Part shown: positions 1 to 10,183 of the stretch, piece by piece
Layout: each line of letters opens with the position of its first letter
How positions within the stretch are numbered: the stretch's first letter is position 1
Source of the DNA: Selenomonadaceae bacterium UBA2897
GTDB lineage: Bacteria > Bacillota > Negativicutes > Selenomonadales > Selenomonadaceae
Length of the DNA: 64,000 bases
NCBI GenBank assembly: GCA_002350105.1
Contig: DEDT01000041.1
Location: 4,408-68,407, forward strand
Reading direction: 5' to 3'
The notes under the pieces: generated by a model
The model's database searches: none
Seen by the model: the letters and a program-made list of their open reading frames with translations, nothing else
What the model was told of the DNA's origin: nothing
Position numbers and translations under genes: made by a program

Positions 1-1432
1 CGTAACGCATTTCCTGAATGTAGAGATAATTGCGCGCGTGCTCCACTTCCTGCTTCACGGAAATGATTTCCCGCCCGTGCGAAAGACCGATGCGGAAGAA
101 ATTCGCCAGCGCCATGATCATCTTGCTCGCATCTTCGTTCAGGCCCATGTCACAGAGGCCCTTGATCGCGAAGAGCGTATTATAGAGGAAATGCGGATGC
201 ACCTGCATCTGCACGACGGAAAGCTCCAGCTCGCGCTGCAATTCCTGATCCTTCTTGACCTGAGCCATGAGCTCATTGACATGGCCCATGAGGTCATCGA
301 CACCGTGTCCGAGAAGCTCCACCTCGTTGACGCGGCCCGGACGCTTTCCCCTCTGCGCTTCCTCCTGCTTCGCCGGCGTAATGCGCTGCTGGCGCATGGC
401 CTCCATGCGGGCGATCAGCTGGGAAAGCGGGCGCATGATGTAGCCCGACAAGCGGTTCGTGAGCACGACAGCCAGCACCATGAGCACGAGAATGATGGCC
501 ACCGTCATATATTTGATGTAGACGATCTTGCCCAGCAGTGCATCGTAGCGCAGTACAGCTACCATCTTCCACTGATTCGTGCTCAGCGTATCGTAGACGG
601 CCACGAGCTGCTCACCATTCGTACGGCTGCGGAACTCGATAAACCCCGTTTCCTGACCGGACTGGCGGATGCGCTCCAGCGTGGCCGAGTCGGGCTGGAA
701 CTCAGCGGACATCGTGCCAAACAAGCTGGCATCATCCGTGCTCAGCAGCGTCATGCCCCCCTGCCCGCTCAGCAACTGCTGTTCCAAAAGGCCGCTGAAA
801 AACTCCTTGCGCAGGCGGAATACCAGCAGTCCCTGTTTCTCAGACTGCCCATCTCCGATGCTTTTTACCAGATCGAGCGTGCTCACGTCACCGCCACGCA
901 GCGGACGCACCATACGCCACTCGATGTCCTTCTCCCCCACCTGCGTCCAGACGCGCTCATTCTGGTAGTGCTGCACCACCGAGCCGTAATCATCGTCGCC
1001 ACGGAAGAACGTAAACGCGCCATGATTCAGGTTGATATAGACGGTATCGATAATCGAGCTGTTATAGAGGCGGATCGTATCCACATGGGACTGCGCGGCC
1101 AGGTATGTCTGCGGATCGATATCCTCCGCCTGCAAATTCAGCGTGCGCAGAATAACCGGATCATCCGCCAGGGCCGTCATCTGCTCCAGCACAGATTGGA
1201 AACGGTTATCTGTATAAATACAGTTCTGGTGCACGAGGTTCTCAATCTCGTGCCGCGCACTCTCCTCTACCTGGCGCATCGCCAGAATATAGGAAGATGT
1301 ACCTGTCACAAGGATGAACGCGATAATGACCGGGATGTAAAAACTCAGTACCGTTGAGCGGAACGTAGACAGAAAATGCCGCAGGAAAAAGGCGCGCAGC
1401 CGCTCTGTCAGGTGCTGCAGCTGAAAGAGCAT
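1..1432 (-). CDS. Sensor histidine kinase, YesM/LytS-type (partial; 3' end lies beyond window start)
   Basis: Absent from the ORF track because it runs off the window. Manual minus-strand translation from ATG 1432 gives MLFQLQHLTERLRAFF... It has two TM segments flanking a ~270-aa extracytoplasmic domain, a HAMP-like linker, then the His_kinase-type motif QMQVHPHFLYNTLFAIKGL...EVEHARNYLYIQEMRY. The 38..1357 plus-strand ORF is its antisense shadow. Confidence 0.85.
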   Translation of the reverse strand, partial: MLFQLQHLTERLRAFFLRHFLSTFRSTVLSFYIPVIIAFILVTGTSSYILAMRQVEESARHEIENLVHQNCIYTDNRFQSVLEQMTALADDPVILRTLNLQAEDIDPQTYLAAQSHVDTIRLYNSSIIDTVYINLNHGAFTFFRGDDDYGSVVQHYQNERVWTQVGEKDIEWRMVRPLRGGDVSTLDLVKSIGDGQSEKQGLLVFRLRKEFFSGLLEQQLLSGQGGMTLLSTDDASLFGTMSAEFQPDSATLERIRQSGQETGFIEFRSRTNGEQLVAVYDTLSTNQWKMVAVLRYDALLGKIVYIKYMTVAIILVLMVLAVVLTNRLSGYIMRPLSQLIARMEAMRQQRITPAKQEEAQRGKRPGRVNEVELLGHGVDDLMGHVNELMAQVKKDQELQRELELSVVQMQVHPHFLYNTLFAIKGLCDMGLNEDASKMIMALANFFRIGLSHGREIISVKQEVEHARNYLYIQEMRY

Positions 1433-1782
1433 AACTCCACCTCACCTCATAGCCCCAGGGAAACACCGATTATATCGCCAGCTCAGGGAATCAGCATTTC
1501 TCTAAATATTTTACCGTGACTATTTTAGCATAAATTACGTGCAAATGCACATCAAAGGCGCGTCTTCCCATCGAAAACCTGTCTAAACAAGAAAATTATT
1601 TTTCTACAAACTACCATAAAGGACAATCCGCTGCTTGTTGTACGGGACTTCAGCCTGTTCAAGCGAAAGATTTTCAGAAATACGGTTAAATTTGCAAATA
1701 CCAGCAGGTTTTTTGCCTGACAGCGCGAATAGAGTATAAGGAGAGGGATAATGAACCCGAAATCCGCAAAGGAGGGATTACT

Positions 1783-2847
1783 TTGAGAGCCGTTTCCGTA
1801 GAGGACCTGAAACCGGGCATGATTCTGGCCCGCACGATTGTCAATCCGGACATGGTCGTGGTGCTTTCCGAAGATACGTTGCTGACCAAAGCACATATCA
1901 CGCGCCTGACCTTTCTCAATATACCCGTAGTCTACATCAAGGATGAGTACGAGCTCAACCAGAACTATCAGGCAGTCTCAGCCATCTTCAACCGCAGCAA
2001 TGCCTTCGTCAAGGATTACGAAGGCGTGGTCAGCGTCGCCGAGGATATTTTCCGCGAGACGGACAAAAATGGCCACGTGCCGCTGCAGAAGACGCAGCAG
2101 GTAGTCAAGGATAACATCATGCCGCTCACGAAGAACAGCGGCGTCATCGACTACCTCTATGAGCTGAACCATCTGTCTGCCAATGTCTACAACCATTCCC
2201 TGCGCGTCTCCGTGCTGAGCGGCGTCATTGCCAAGTGGATGCGCTGCAGCCGGAAGGAGACCCGCGAGATTATCCTCGCCGGTTTCCTGCACGACATCGG
2301 CAAGACGAAGTTCGAACAGCGCCTGCTGGACAAGGACATTGAGAACCTGCAGGGCGCCGACTATGAGGCCTATATCCAGCACACCGTGGATGGTCATCAT
2401 ATGCTGAATAACGAGCCAGGTCTCAGCGAGGGCGTCAAGCTCACGGCCCTGCAGCATCACGAGCGCATGGATGGCACCGGCTTCCCCTTTGGCAGCAGTG
2501 GCGACGATATCCATAAATACGCCCGCATCGTCATGGTCGCCGATATCTACGACAACATCACAACGGAGAAAGAGGGCAAGGTCAAGCAGACGCCGTTCTC
2601 GGCCATCGCCTACCTCACGCAGAACATGTTCAGCACGCTGGACCCGGAAGTCTGCGTGCCGATGCTCACGCGCATCAAGGATGCCTTCCTCGGCTCACGC
2701 GTCATCCTCAACAACGGGCAGAAGGGCACGATTGCAGCCTATCCCAACGACTATGCGGCACATCCGGTCATCGAGATCACGCCGAAAGAGCTCATCAACC
2801 TCAACGATCACCCGGAGCTTACGATTACCGAATACAATCCAAAATAA
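1783..2847 (+). CDS. HD-GYP domain protein (probable c-di-GMP phosphodiesterase)
   Basis: TTG start 7 nt after AAGGAGGG. HD motif FLHDIGK and HHERMDGTGFP (GYP-type) are present, with an N-terminal regulatory region. Confidence 0.85.
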   Translation: MRAVSVEDLKPGMILARTIVNPDMVVVLSEDTLLTKAHITRLTFLNIPVVYIKDEYELNQNYQAVSAIFNRSNAFVKDYEGVVSVAEDIFRETDKNGHVPLQKTQQVVKDNIMPLTKNSGVIDYLYELNHLSANVYNHSLRVSVLSGVIAKWMRCSRKETREIILAGFLHDIGKTKFEQRLLDKDIENLQGADYEAYIQHTVDGHHMLNNEPGLSEGVKLTALQHHERMDGTGFPFGSSGDDIHKYARIVMVADIYDNITTEKEGKVKQTPFSAIAYLTQNMFSTLDPEVCVPMLTRIKDAFLGSRVILNNGQKGTIAAYPNDYAAHPVIEITPKELINLNDHPELTITEYNPK

Positions 2848-2863
2848 AATAGCATTTATGCCA

Positions 2864-2910
2864 ATAAGGTGGCAGTTCCTCGTGAACCGCCACCTTATTT
2901 TTTTGCTTTT
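2864..2910 (+). terminator. Rho-independent terminator after the HD-GYP gene
   Basis: Stem aataaggtggc / gccaccttatt followed by a T7 run. Confidence 0.75.
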
Positions 2911-2922
2911 TTCCTGTACCGC

Positions 2923-4140
2923 TTACTCGTAGCGCAGGGCCTCGATAGGATCGAGTTTCGCCGCCTTACGCGCTGGATAGATGCCAAAAAAGAGGCCTAT
3001 CCCCACAGAGAAACCAAACGATACGATAATGGGCAATGCCGTGATCACCGTCGTAAAATTTCCAAACTGCGAAATAATCTTTGATGCGGCACAACCAAGA
3101 CCGATGCCGATGATGCCACCGATAATGCCGATAACCATCGACTCGATGAGGAACTGCATCATGATATTCATGAACGTCGCCCCCAATGCCTTACGGATGC
3201 CGATCTCGCGCGTGCGCTCCGTAACGGAGACCATCATGATGTTCATGATGCCGATGCCGCCGACTAGCAGCGAAATCCCTGCGATGGAACCGAGCAGAAG
3301 CGTGAGCATAGAGGTAGACTGATTGACGGTCTCCATGAGGCTCGTGAGATTCCGCACATGGAAGTCATCGTCCTTGCCATTTGTGATATGGTGGCGCTCC
3401 CGCAGGAGCTGCTCCACCTCCGCCTGCACCTGATCCATCTTGCCTGAATCCGATACCTGCAGATTGATCGACTGGACATAAGTAATGCCAAGCATACGCT
3501 CCTGCGCCGTCGTAAGGGGGATATAGACCATATCATCCTGATCCTGTCCCATGGAGGACTGTCCTTTGCTCTTGAGCAGCCCGATTACCTTGAACGGCTG
3601 GTTCTTGATGCGGATGGTCTGGCCAACCGGGTTTTGATTCTCAAAGAGATTCTCTGCCACCGTCGTACCGATGACACAGACGCGATTGCGCTTGTCGAGA
3701 TCATTCGTAGAGATAAAGGAACCATAGTCAATCTCCAACGAGCGAATCGCGAGGAATTCCGGCGTCACACCCTGCACGCTGCAATTCCAGTTCATATTGC
3801 CGTTGACCAGCTGATAAGATGAGCTGACCGTGGGCGAGACGTAATCAATATTCTTGATTTTCGTCTGAATTGCCTTGGCGTCATCGTATTTCAGCGTCTG
3901 CATGGAGCCGGCTGCACCGCGCACGCCGCCCCGATTCGAGGAGCCGGGAGAAACGATGAGCATATTGGAGCCCAGGCTCGCGATAGAGCTCGTGACATTG
4001 CTGCGCACGCCCATACCGACGGAGACCAAGGCGATGACCGCGCCCACACCAATGATAATGCCGAGCATCGTCAGGAGCGTGCGCATCTTATTCGCATAGA
4101 GCGAGGTCAGGGCCATGGAGAAGCTCTCACTAAACAACAT
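2923..4140 (-). CDS. MacB-type ABC efflux permease (FtsX-like domain)
   Basis: Track ORF trimmed to ATG 4140 (ATGTTGTTTAG overlap with the upstream ATPase stop). It has an N-terminal TM (RTLLTMLGIIIGVGAVIALVS), a large periplasmic domain and a C-terminal 3-TM FtsX bundle (REIGIRKALGA). Confidence 0.9.
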   Translation of the reverse strand: MLFSESFSMALTSLYANKMRTLLTMLGIIIGVGAVIALVSVGMGVRSNVTSSIASLGSNMLIVSPGSSNRGGVRGAAGSMQTLKYDDAKAIQTKIKNIDYVSPTVSSSYQLVNGNMNWNCSVQGVTPEFLAIRSLEIDYGSFISTNDLDKRNRVCVIGTTVAENLFENQNPVGQTIRIKNQPFKVIGLLKSKGQSSMGQDQDDMVYIPLTTAQERMLGITYVQSINLQVSDSGKMDQVQAEVEQLLRERHHITNGKDDDFHVRNLTSLMETVNQSTSMLTLLLGSIAGISLLVGGIGIMNIMMVSVTERTREIGIRKALGATFMNIMMQFLIESMVIGIIGGIIGIGLGCAASKIISQFGNFTTVITALPIIVSFGFSVGIGLFFGIYPARKAAKLDPIEALRYE

Positions 4141-4858
4141 CCATGACCACCCCCTTGCCCTCATCGCGCGTGATTTTGCCATCGCGCACCAACAGTTGGC
4201 GGCTCGCACAGGCTGCAATCTCCGGTTCATGGGTGACGAGGATGACCGTGCGCCCCTCATCGTGGAGCTGCTCAAAGATCTGCATGATCTCCTTCGTCGA
4301 CTTCGTATCGAGGTTGCCCGTCGGTTCATCAGCCATGATGATGTGCGGATCGTTCACGAGGGCTCGCGCGATGGCCACGCGCTGCCGCTGACCGCCCGAG
4401 AGCTCGTTGGGCTGATGATCGGCGCGATCCGCAAGGCCCACGGCCTCGAGAAAGTGCATGGCGCGCTCATTGCGCTCACGCCGTCCTACGCCCGCGTAGA
4501 CGAGGGGCAGCGCCACATTCTCCAGCGCCGAGATGCGCGAGAGCAGGTTGAAGTTCTGGAACACAAAGCCGATTTTCGCGTTGCGCGTATGCGCGAGCGC
4601 ATCGTCGCTGAGGTGTGCCACCTCTTCATCGTCGAGCTTGTAGGAGCCCGTCGTGGGACGATCGAGGCAGCCGAGGATATTCATGAGCGTCGACTTGCCC
4701 GAGCCGGACGGCCCCATGAGTGCGGCAAACTCCCCTTTGTGGATATCGAGATCGATGCCATCGAGGGCCGCGAGCTCCTGCTCACCGATATGATAGATTT
4801 TTTTGATGCCACGCAGCTTGATGGTGGCATAACGCGTCTCCTGGCTATGATCTTTCAT
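4130..4858 (-). CDS. MacB-type ABC transporter ATP-binding protein
   Basis: Walker [10 protein letters not shown], signature LSGGQRQR, Walker [13 protein letters not shown]. Start trimmed to ATG 4858 (MKDHSQETRYATIKLRGIKKIY). Confidence 0.9.
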   Translation of the reverse strand: MKDHSQETRYATIKLRGIKKIYHIGEQELAALDGIDLDIHKGEFAALMGPSGSGKSTLMNILGCLDRPTTGSYKLDDEEVAHLSDDALAHTRNAKIGFVFQNFNLLSRISALENVALPLVYAGVGRRERNERAMHFLEAVGLADRADHQPNELSGGQRQRVAIARALVNDPHIIMADEPTGNLDTKSTKEIMQIFEQLHDEGRTVILVTHEPEIAACASRQLLVRDGKITRDEGKGVVMDVV

Positions 4859-4874
4859 GGCGTTCACCTGCCTT

Positions 4875-6023
4875 TTACATCGGTGGCGGACCGCCGCGAT
4901 CGTTCTTGCTGCTCGACGAGGAGGAACTCTTCTTCGCCGTATAGGTCGAAACGACTTCCTCGCCCTCCTCGAGGCCGGAGAGGATCTCCACGTACTCATC
5001 GCTATAAATACCCGTGGTCACATAGCGATTCTCCTGCGAACCATCCGCATTGCGCACGATGACGTAGGAGCCATTCGTATCGGTCTTCAGGGTGGAGATG
5101 GGCAGCGTCAGGGCATCGGGCTTGTCTGCCGTGTTAATCTCCACACGCGCCGTCATGGCCGGCAGCAATACGTTGTCAGGATCATCGACATCAAGAGTCA
5201 CATAGTAGTAAATGACACTTGCCGAAGAATTGGAACTGCTCGAACTGCTGGAGCTCGTCGTATCCCAGGTATTACTCGTATCCGTCTGCGAAATTTTTGA
5301 AACATGCGCCGTGAACTTGCGATTCGTATAGGTATCGACGGTAAAGACGGCTTCCTGCCCCACTTTGATGTTGCCGATATCCGTCTCATCGACCTTCGCC
5401 ATAATCTGCTTGCTGGAGAGATCCGCGATGCGCATGATAACCGTCGGGTTGTCTGAGCCCTGCGTTGCCATGGAGCCCGCCGTCTTGGGCTCGCCGACGA
5501 CCACGCCGTCCATGGGGGCCGTAATGACGGTCTCCGCGAGATCCGATTCCGTCTCGGCCAGCGAGGATTGCGCGGTATCGTAGTTGAACACCGCATCCTC
5601 ATACTGCTCCTGCGTATCCGCACCGATGGAGTAGAGGTAGCTCACACGGTCGAGCTTGGCCTTCGTATTCGTGACCTTATACTGGGCCTGATCCCTTTTT
5701 GACTCGTAGTCCTTGCCATCGAGGATGGCGACGGTCTGGCCCGCCTTCACCTCGTCATTCTCCTTGACGAGAACCTCCTTGATGCGTGCGGTGATCTTCG
5801 AGCTGACCTCGACCGAATTGACCGGACGAATCGTTCCCGTCGCCGATACGGTGGACTTCAGGTCACGGCGCGTCACCATCGTCGTCTCGACAGCCGCCTG
5901 CTGCTTGGCCGCCTGCTGCCCCTGATAATACTGCCAACCGCCGAAACCAGCTGCCGCGAGCAGGATGACGACCATGCCGATTTTGCCCGCGAGAGGAATT
6001 TTCGGTATCTTCATCGATCTCAC
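4875..6023 (-). CDS. HlyD/MacA-family periplasmic adaptor (membrane fusion protein)
   Basis: N-terminal TM anchor, coiled-coil hairpin and beta-barrel segments typical of the family. ATGA overlap with the tolC-like stop. Two poly-Ser tracts. Confidence 0.85.
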   Translation of the reverse strand: MRSMKIPKIPLAGKIGMVVILLAAAGFGGWQYYQGQQAAKQQAAVETTMVTRRDLKSTVSATGTIRPVNSVEVSSKITARIKEVLVKENDEVKAGQTVAILDGKDYESKRDQAQYKVTNTKAKLDRVSYLYSIGADTQEQYEDAVFNYDTAQSSLAETESDLAETVITAPMDGVVVGEPKTAGSMATQGSDNPTVIMRIADLSSKQIMAKVDETDIGNIKVGQEAVFTVDTYTNRKFTAHVSKISQTDTSNTWDTTSSSSSSSSNSSASVIYYYVTLDVDDPDNVLLPAMTARVEINTADKPDALTLPISTLKTDTNGSYVIVRNADGSQENRYVTTGIYSDEYVEILSGLEEGEEVVSTYTAKKSSSSSSSKNDRGGPPPM

Positions 6024-7561
6024 TGCTCCTTATCCTGTGCCAACGCTGCGACAGTAGCCTGAGCATCAGCCTGTACATTCTGCGCTGCGGCCGTTGTTTT
6101 TTGCTCCACCGGCACCTTCGCTGGAGACGCTGACTTCACCGCCCCGGCCTTTGCCTTTTTCTTCGTTTTCTTGTCAGGCACCACCGATGCCTGCTCCTGT
6201 GCCGTCACCGGAATGGGCGCATTCTGCACGACCTTGCTCACGTCGGTCTGCAGCCCCGCTGCGGACAGCCTCTCGCCCTCCGTGAGGCCGATGCCCATGG
6301 CATTTTCTACCTGGGCCTTATAACGCGCATAGTCATACTGGGCGCTGATATGGTTCAGGCGAGCCGTGGAGAGAGCAAGCTGGGCATCGATGATGTCGAG
6401 CATGAGGCCCTCGCCCGCGCGGTACTTCTCGCGCGCGATGTAATAATCCTGCTCGGCCTGGCCCACGGCATCCGATGTCGAGGTGAAGCGTTTCTCCGCC
6501 TCGCGCATATTGTAGTAAGCTTGACGCAGGTTGAGATCGATGCTCTCCTTGTCCTTCATTACCTGCAGCTTGGCGACATCACGCTGGTTCTCCGCCTCCT
6601 TGATCTTAGCCTTCGTCACGCCGCTGTCAAAGATATTCCAGGATAGGCCGACCCCCGCCGAGTAGGCTGGCTTGCCGCTGCTCTTACTGTCATCCCAATC
6701 GATGCTCCAGTTGGGTTTCACCGCACCATCCAGCGTGAGGCTCGGGCCATTGCCGGCCTTTTCCTCTTTAATGCCCAGCTCTTTTTGCTGCAAGGTATAG
6801 AGATCGATCTGCAGGTCCTTGCGGTTGCGATAGGCATAGTTCACGCAGTCATCCATACTGATCGCGAATTTATCATAGGTAAAATCCGTTGTCAGATTCA
6901 ACGGCTCGCTGCGATCCACATTGAGCAGATTCCGCAGCGTCGCGAGATCCACCTCATAGGCATTTTGGGCCTTGATGAGTTTCTGCCGTGCATTGGATAA
7001 CTCGACCGAGGAACGCAGCACGTCGATTTTCGCCTTGGAACCGGCAGAATAGAGCTGATTGACGTTCGTGTAATGCGCCTCATAGTTGTTTACCGACTCC
7101 TGATCGACGTCGATGGTCTTGCGCGCCTCCAGCGCATCGTAGTATGCCTTGATGACGGAGAGCTTCAGATCCTCGCGTTCGCGCTCGGTTTTCAGGCGCG
7201 CTGCATCGACGCCGAGCTCACCGCTCTTGATGGCTGCCTCATTCGCGCCACCGGAATACAGGGGAAGGCTGGCTGACACGCCGCTCCACGACGAGGAGGA
7301 CTGCCAGTCCTGCCCCTGATTTTTCTCCGTGCTGAACACATTGGCCGACGTGGTCACCTTGACATTGTTACTGCCCTTGGCGCGTGCGAGCGTCGACGCT
7401 GCCGTATCCTCGCCCTTCTGCGTGATGAGCAGCCCCGTATTCTGCGCCAGCGCCAGATTGATGGCGTCCTGCAGCGACAAATCTGCCGCATAGCTCGTCG
7501 GTGCAGCCCCCAGCAAACAGACCGAGAGTACCACCACCAGACCTTTCCAATTGTATCGCAT
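6020..7561 (-). CDS. TolC-family outer membrane efflux protein
   Basis: Start trimmed to ATG 7561 behind GGAGGAGG. Signal peptide ...APTSYA|AD. Two OEP repeats with long coiled coils. About 90 aa of Lys/Ala/Gln-rich C-terminal tail. Confidence 0.85.
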   Translation of the reverse strand: MRYNWKGLVVVLSVCLLGAAPTSYAADLSLQDAINLALAQNTGLLITQKGEDTAASTLARAKGSNNVKVTTSANVFSTEKNQGQDWQSSSSWSGVSASLPLYSGGANEAAIKSGELGVDAARLKTEREREDLKLSVIKAYYDALEARKTIDVDQESVNNYEAHYTNVNQLYSAGSKAKIDVLRSSVELSNARQKLIKAQNAYEVDLATLRNLLNVDRSEPLNLTTDFTYDKFAISMDDCVNYAYRNRKDLQIDLYTLQQKELGIKEEKAGNGPSLTLDGAVKPNWSIDWDDSKSSGKPAYSAGVGLSWNIFDSGVTKAKIKEAENQRDVAKLQVMKDKESIDLNLRQAYYNMREAEKRFTSTSDAVGQAEQDYYIAREKYRAGEGLMLDIIDAQLALSTARLNHISAQYDYARYKAQVENAMGIGLTEGERLSAAGLQTDVSKVVQNAPIPVTAQEQASVVPDKKTKKKAKAGAVKSASPAKVPVEQKTTAAAQNVQADAQATVAALAQDKEQ

Positions 7562-7615
7562 CAGAGATTCCTCCTCCGAAATATGATCGATCCTTGCGTG
7601 CCTATACACTGTTTT

Positions 7616-7645
7616 ATTATACATTTTTCGCCTCATAGCACGCAA
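7616..7645 (-). promoter_or_regulatory. Candidate sigma70-type promoter of the tolC-macA-macB operon
   Basis: Minus strand reads TTGCGT-18 nt-TATAAT, about 55 nt upstream of ATG 7561. Confidence 0.4.
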
Positions 7646-7724
7646 CTACTACCATAAAGTTTTACAGCTATGATAGAATAAGGTAGTTGTCCAGCGCTTA
7701 GCTTGTAATTAGGAGTTTGTAAAA

Positions 7725-9503
<1,779 letters not shown>

Positions 9504-9513
9504 GATATGCACA

Positions 9514-9552
9514 AAAACCGCAGCCCTGCCCCTTCGGCAAGGCTGCGGTTTT
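9514..9552. terminator. Bidirectional terminator between convergent recQ and ssb
   Basis: Perfect 12-bp stem aaaaccgcagcc / ggctgcggtttt. A/T runs on both sides. Confidence 0.8.
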
Positions 9553-9605
9553 GCTATAGTAAAATCCCTGACGATACGATGCGGAAAAATCCACTCACGT
9601 AGCCG

Positions 9606-10022
9606 CTAGAACGGAATCTCTTCCTCCGACTGCTGACCGAAAGCGTTGGCGGACTGACCATAAGACCGGGCGGCACCATGCGTTGTGCCGGGCTTCGGGC
9701 CCATGAACTCGATACTGCTTACGACCACCTCCGTGACGTTGCGCTTCGCGCCATCCTTCGCCTGATAGCTGCGCGTCTGCAGCCGCCCCTCAACGAGAAT
9801 CGGACTGCCCTTCTGCAGGTATTTATGCACAAAGTCCGCGTGCTGCGCCCAGGCGACGCAGCTGAAAAAATCCGCCGTGGGCTGCTCGCTCCCCTGCGCC
9901 TCGCCCCGGCGGCCGTAGCCGCGGTCAACAGCGAGGCTGAAAGCCGCCACATTCTTGCCCGTCTGCGTCGTGCGCAGCTCCGGGTCGCGCGTGAGCCTGC
10001 CCGTGAGAAAAATTTTATTCAT
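9606..10022 (-). CDS. ssb: Single-stranded DNA-binding protein
   Basis: OB-fold N-terminus MNKIFLTGRLTRDPELR, Gly/Gln-rich linker, acidic tail EEEIPF. Confidence 0.95.
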   Translation of the reverse strand: MNKIFLTGRLTRDPELRTTQTGKNVAAFSLAVDRGYGRRGEAQGSEQPTADFFSCVAWAQHADFVHKYLQKGSPILVEGRLQTRSYQAKDGAKRNVTEVVVSSIEFMGPKPGTTHGAARSYGQSANAFGQQSEEEIPF

Positions 10023-10105
10023 TCGTGTTATGCCTCCATAACAGCTGACAGAAGCCAGCCGCAGTTACACCGGCCTGCGCGCAAATGACCGATGACATTT
10101 GTCCA

Positions 10106-10117
10106 TAACAGCTGTTA
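10106..10117. promoter_or_regulatory. Perfect 12-bp palindrome TAACAGCTGTTA (candidate operator at the ssb promoter)
   Basis: Lies immediately downstream of the predicted -10. The string CCATAACAGCTG recurs at 10036..10047 next to the ssb SD. Confidence 0.35.
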
Positions 10118-10122
10118 CTGTC

Positions 10123-10151
10123 AGTATATTACGTACCATTGTTTATGTCAA
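10123..10151 (-). promoter_or_regulatory. Candidate sigma70-type promoter of ssb
   Basis: Minus strand reads TTGACA-17 nt-TATACT. Confidence 0.55.
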
Positions 10152-10183
10152 TAGCACATTTTGCAGGAGACATTGCTTCATAC

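Noticed and set aside
38-1357. 439-aa plus-strand ORF at the window start
   Set aside because: It is Arg/His/Leu-rich, has no SD and no recognisable motifs, and lies exactly antisense to a clean histidine-kinase reading frame. This is a typical antisense shadow ORF of a high-G+C gene.
2923-4329. N-terminally extended ORF versions in the track, such as 2923..4329, 4130..4999, 6020..7645, 24625..26802, 34264..35193, 17330..18166 and 62051..63424
   Set aside because: The extensions are Arg/Ser-rich, overlap the upstream gene's coding region and lack SDs. Internal ATG/TTG/GTG starts with good SDs or stop-start overlaps give proteins of canonical length.
4900-5260. Poly-Ser coding tracts as DNA-level tandem repeats or contingency loci
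   Set aside because: The Ser runs use mixed codons (agc/tcg/gag-complement patterns), not a repeated unit. They are protein-level low complexity rather than slippage-prone microsatellites.
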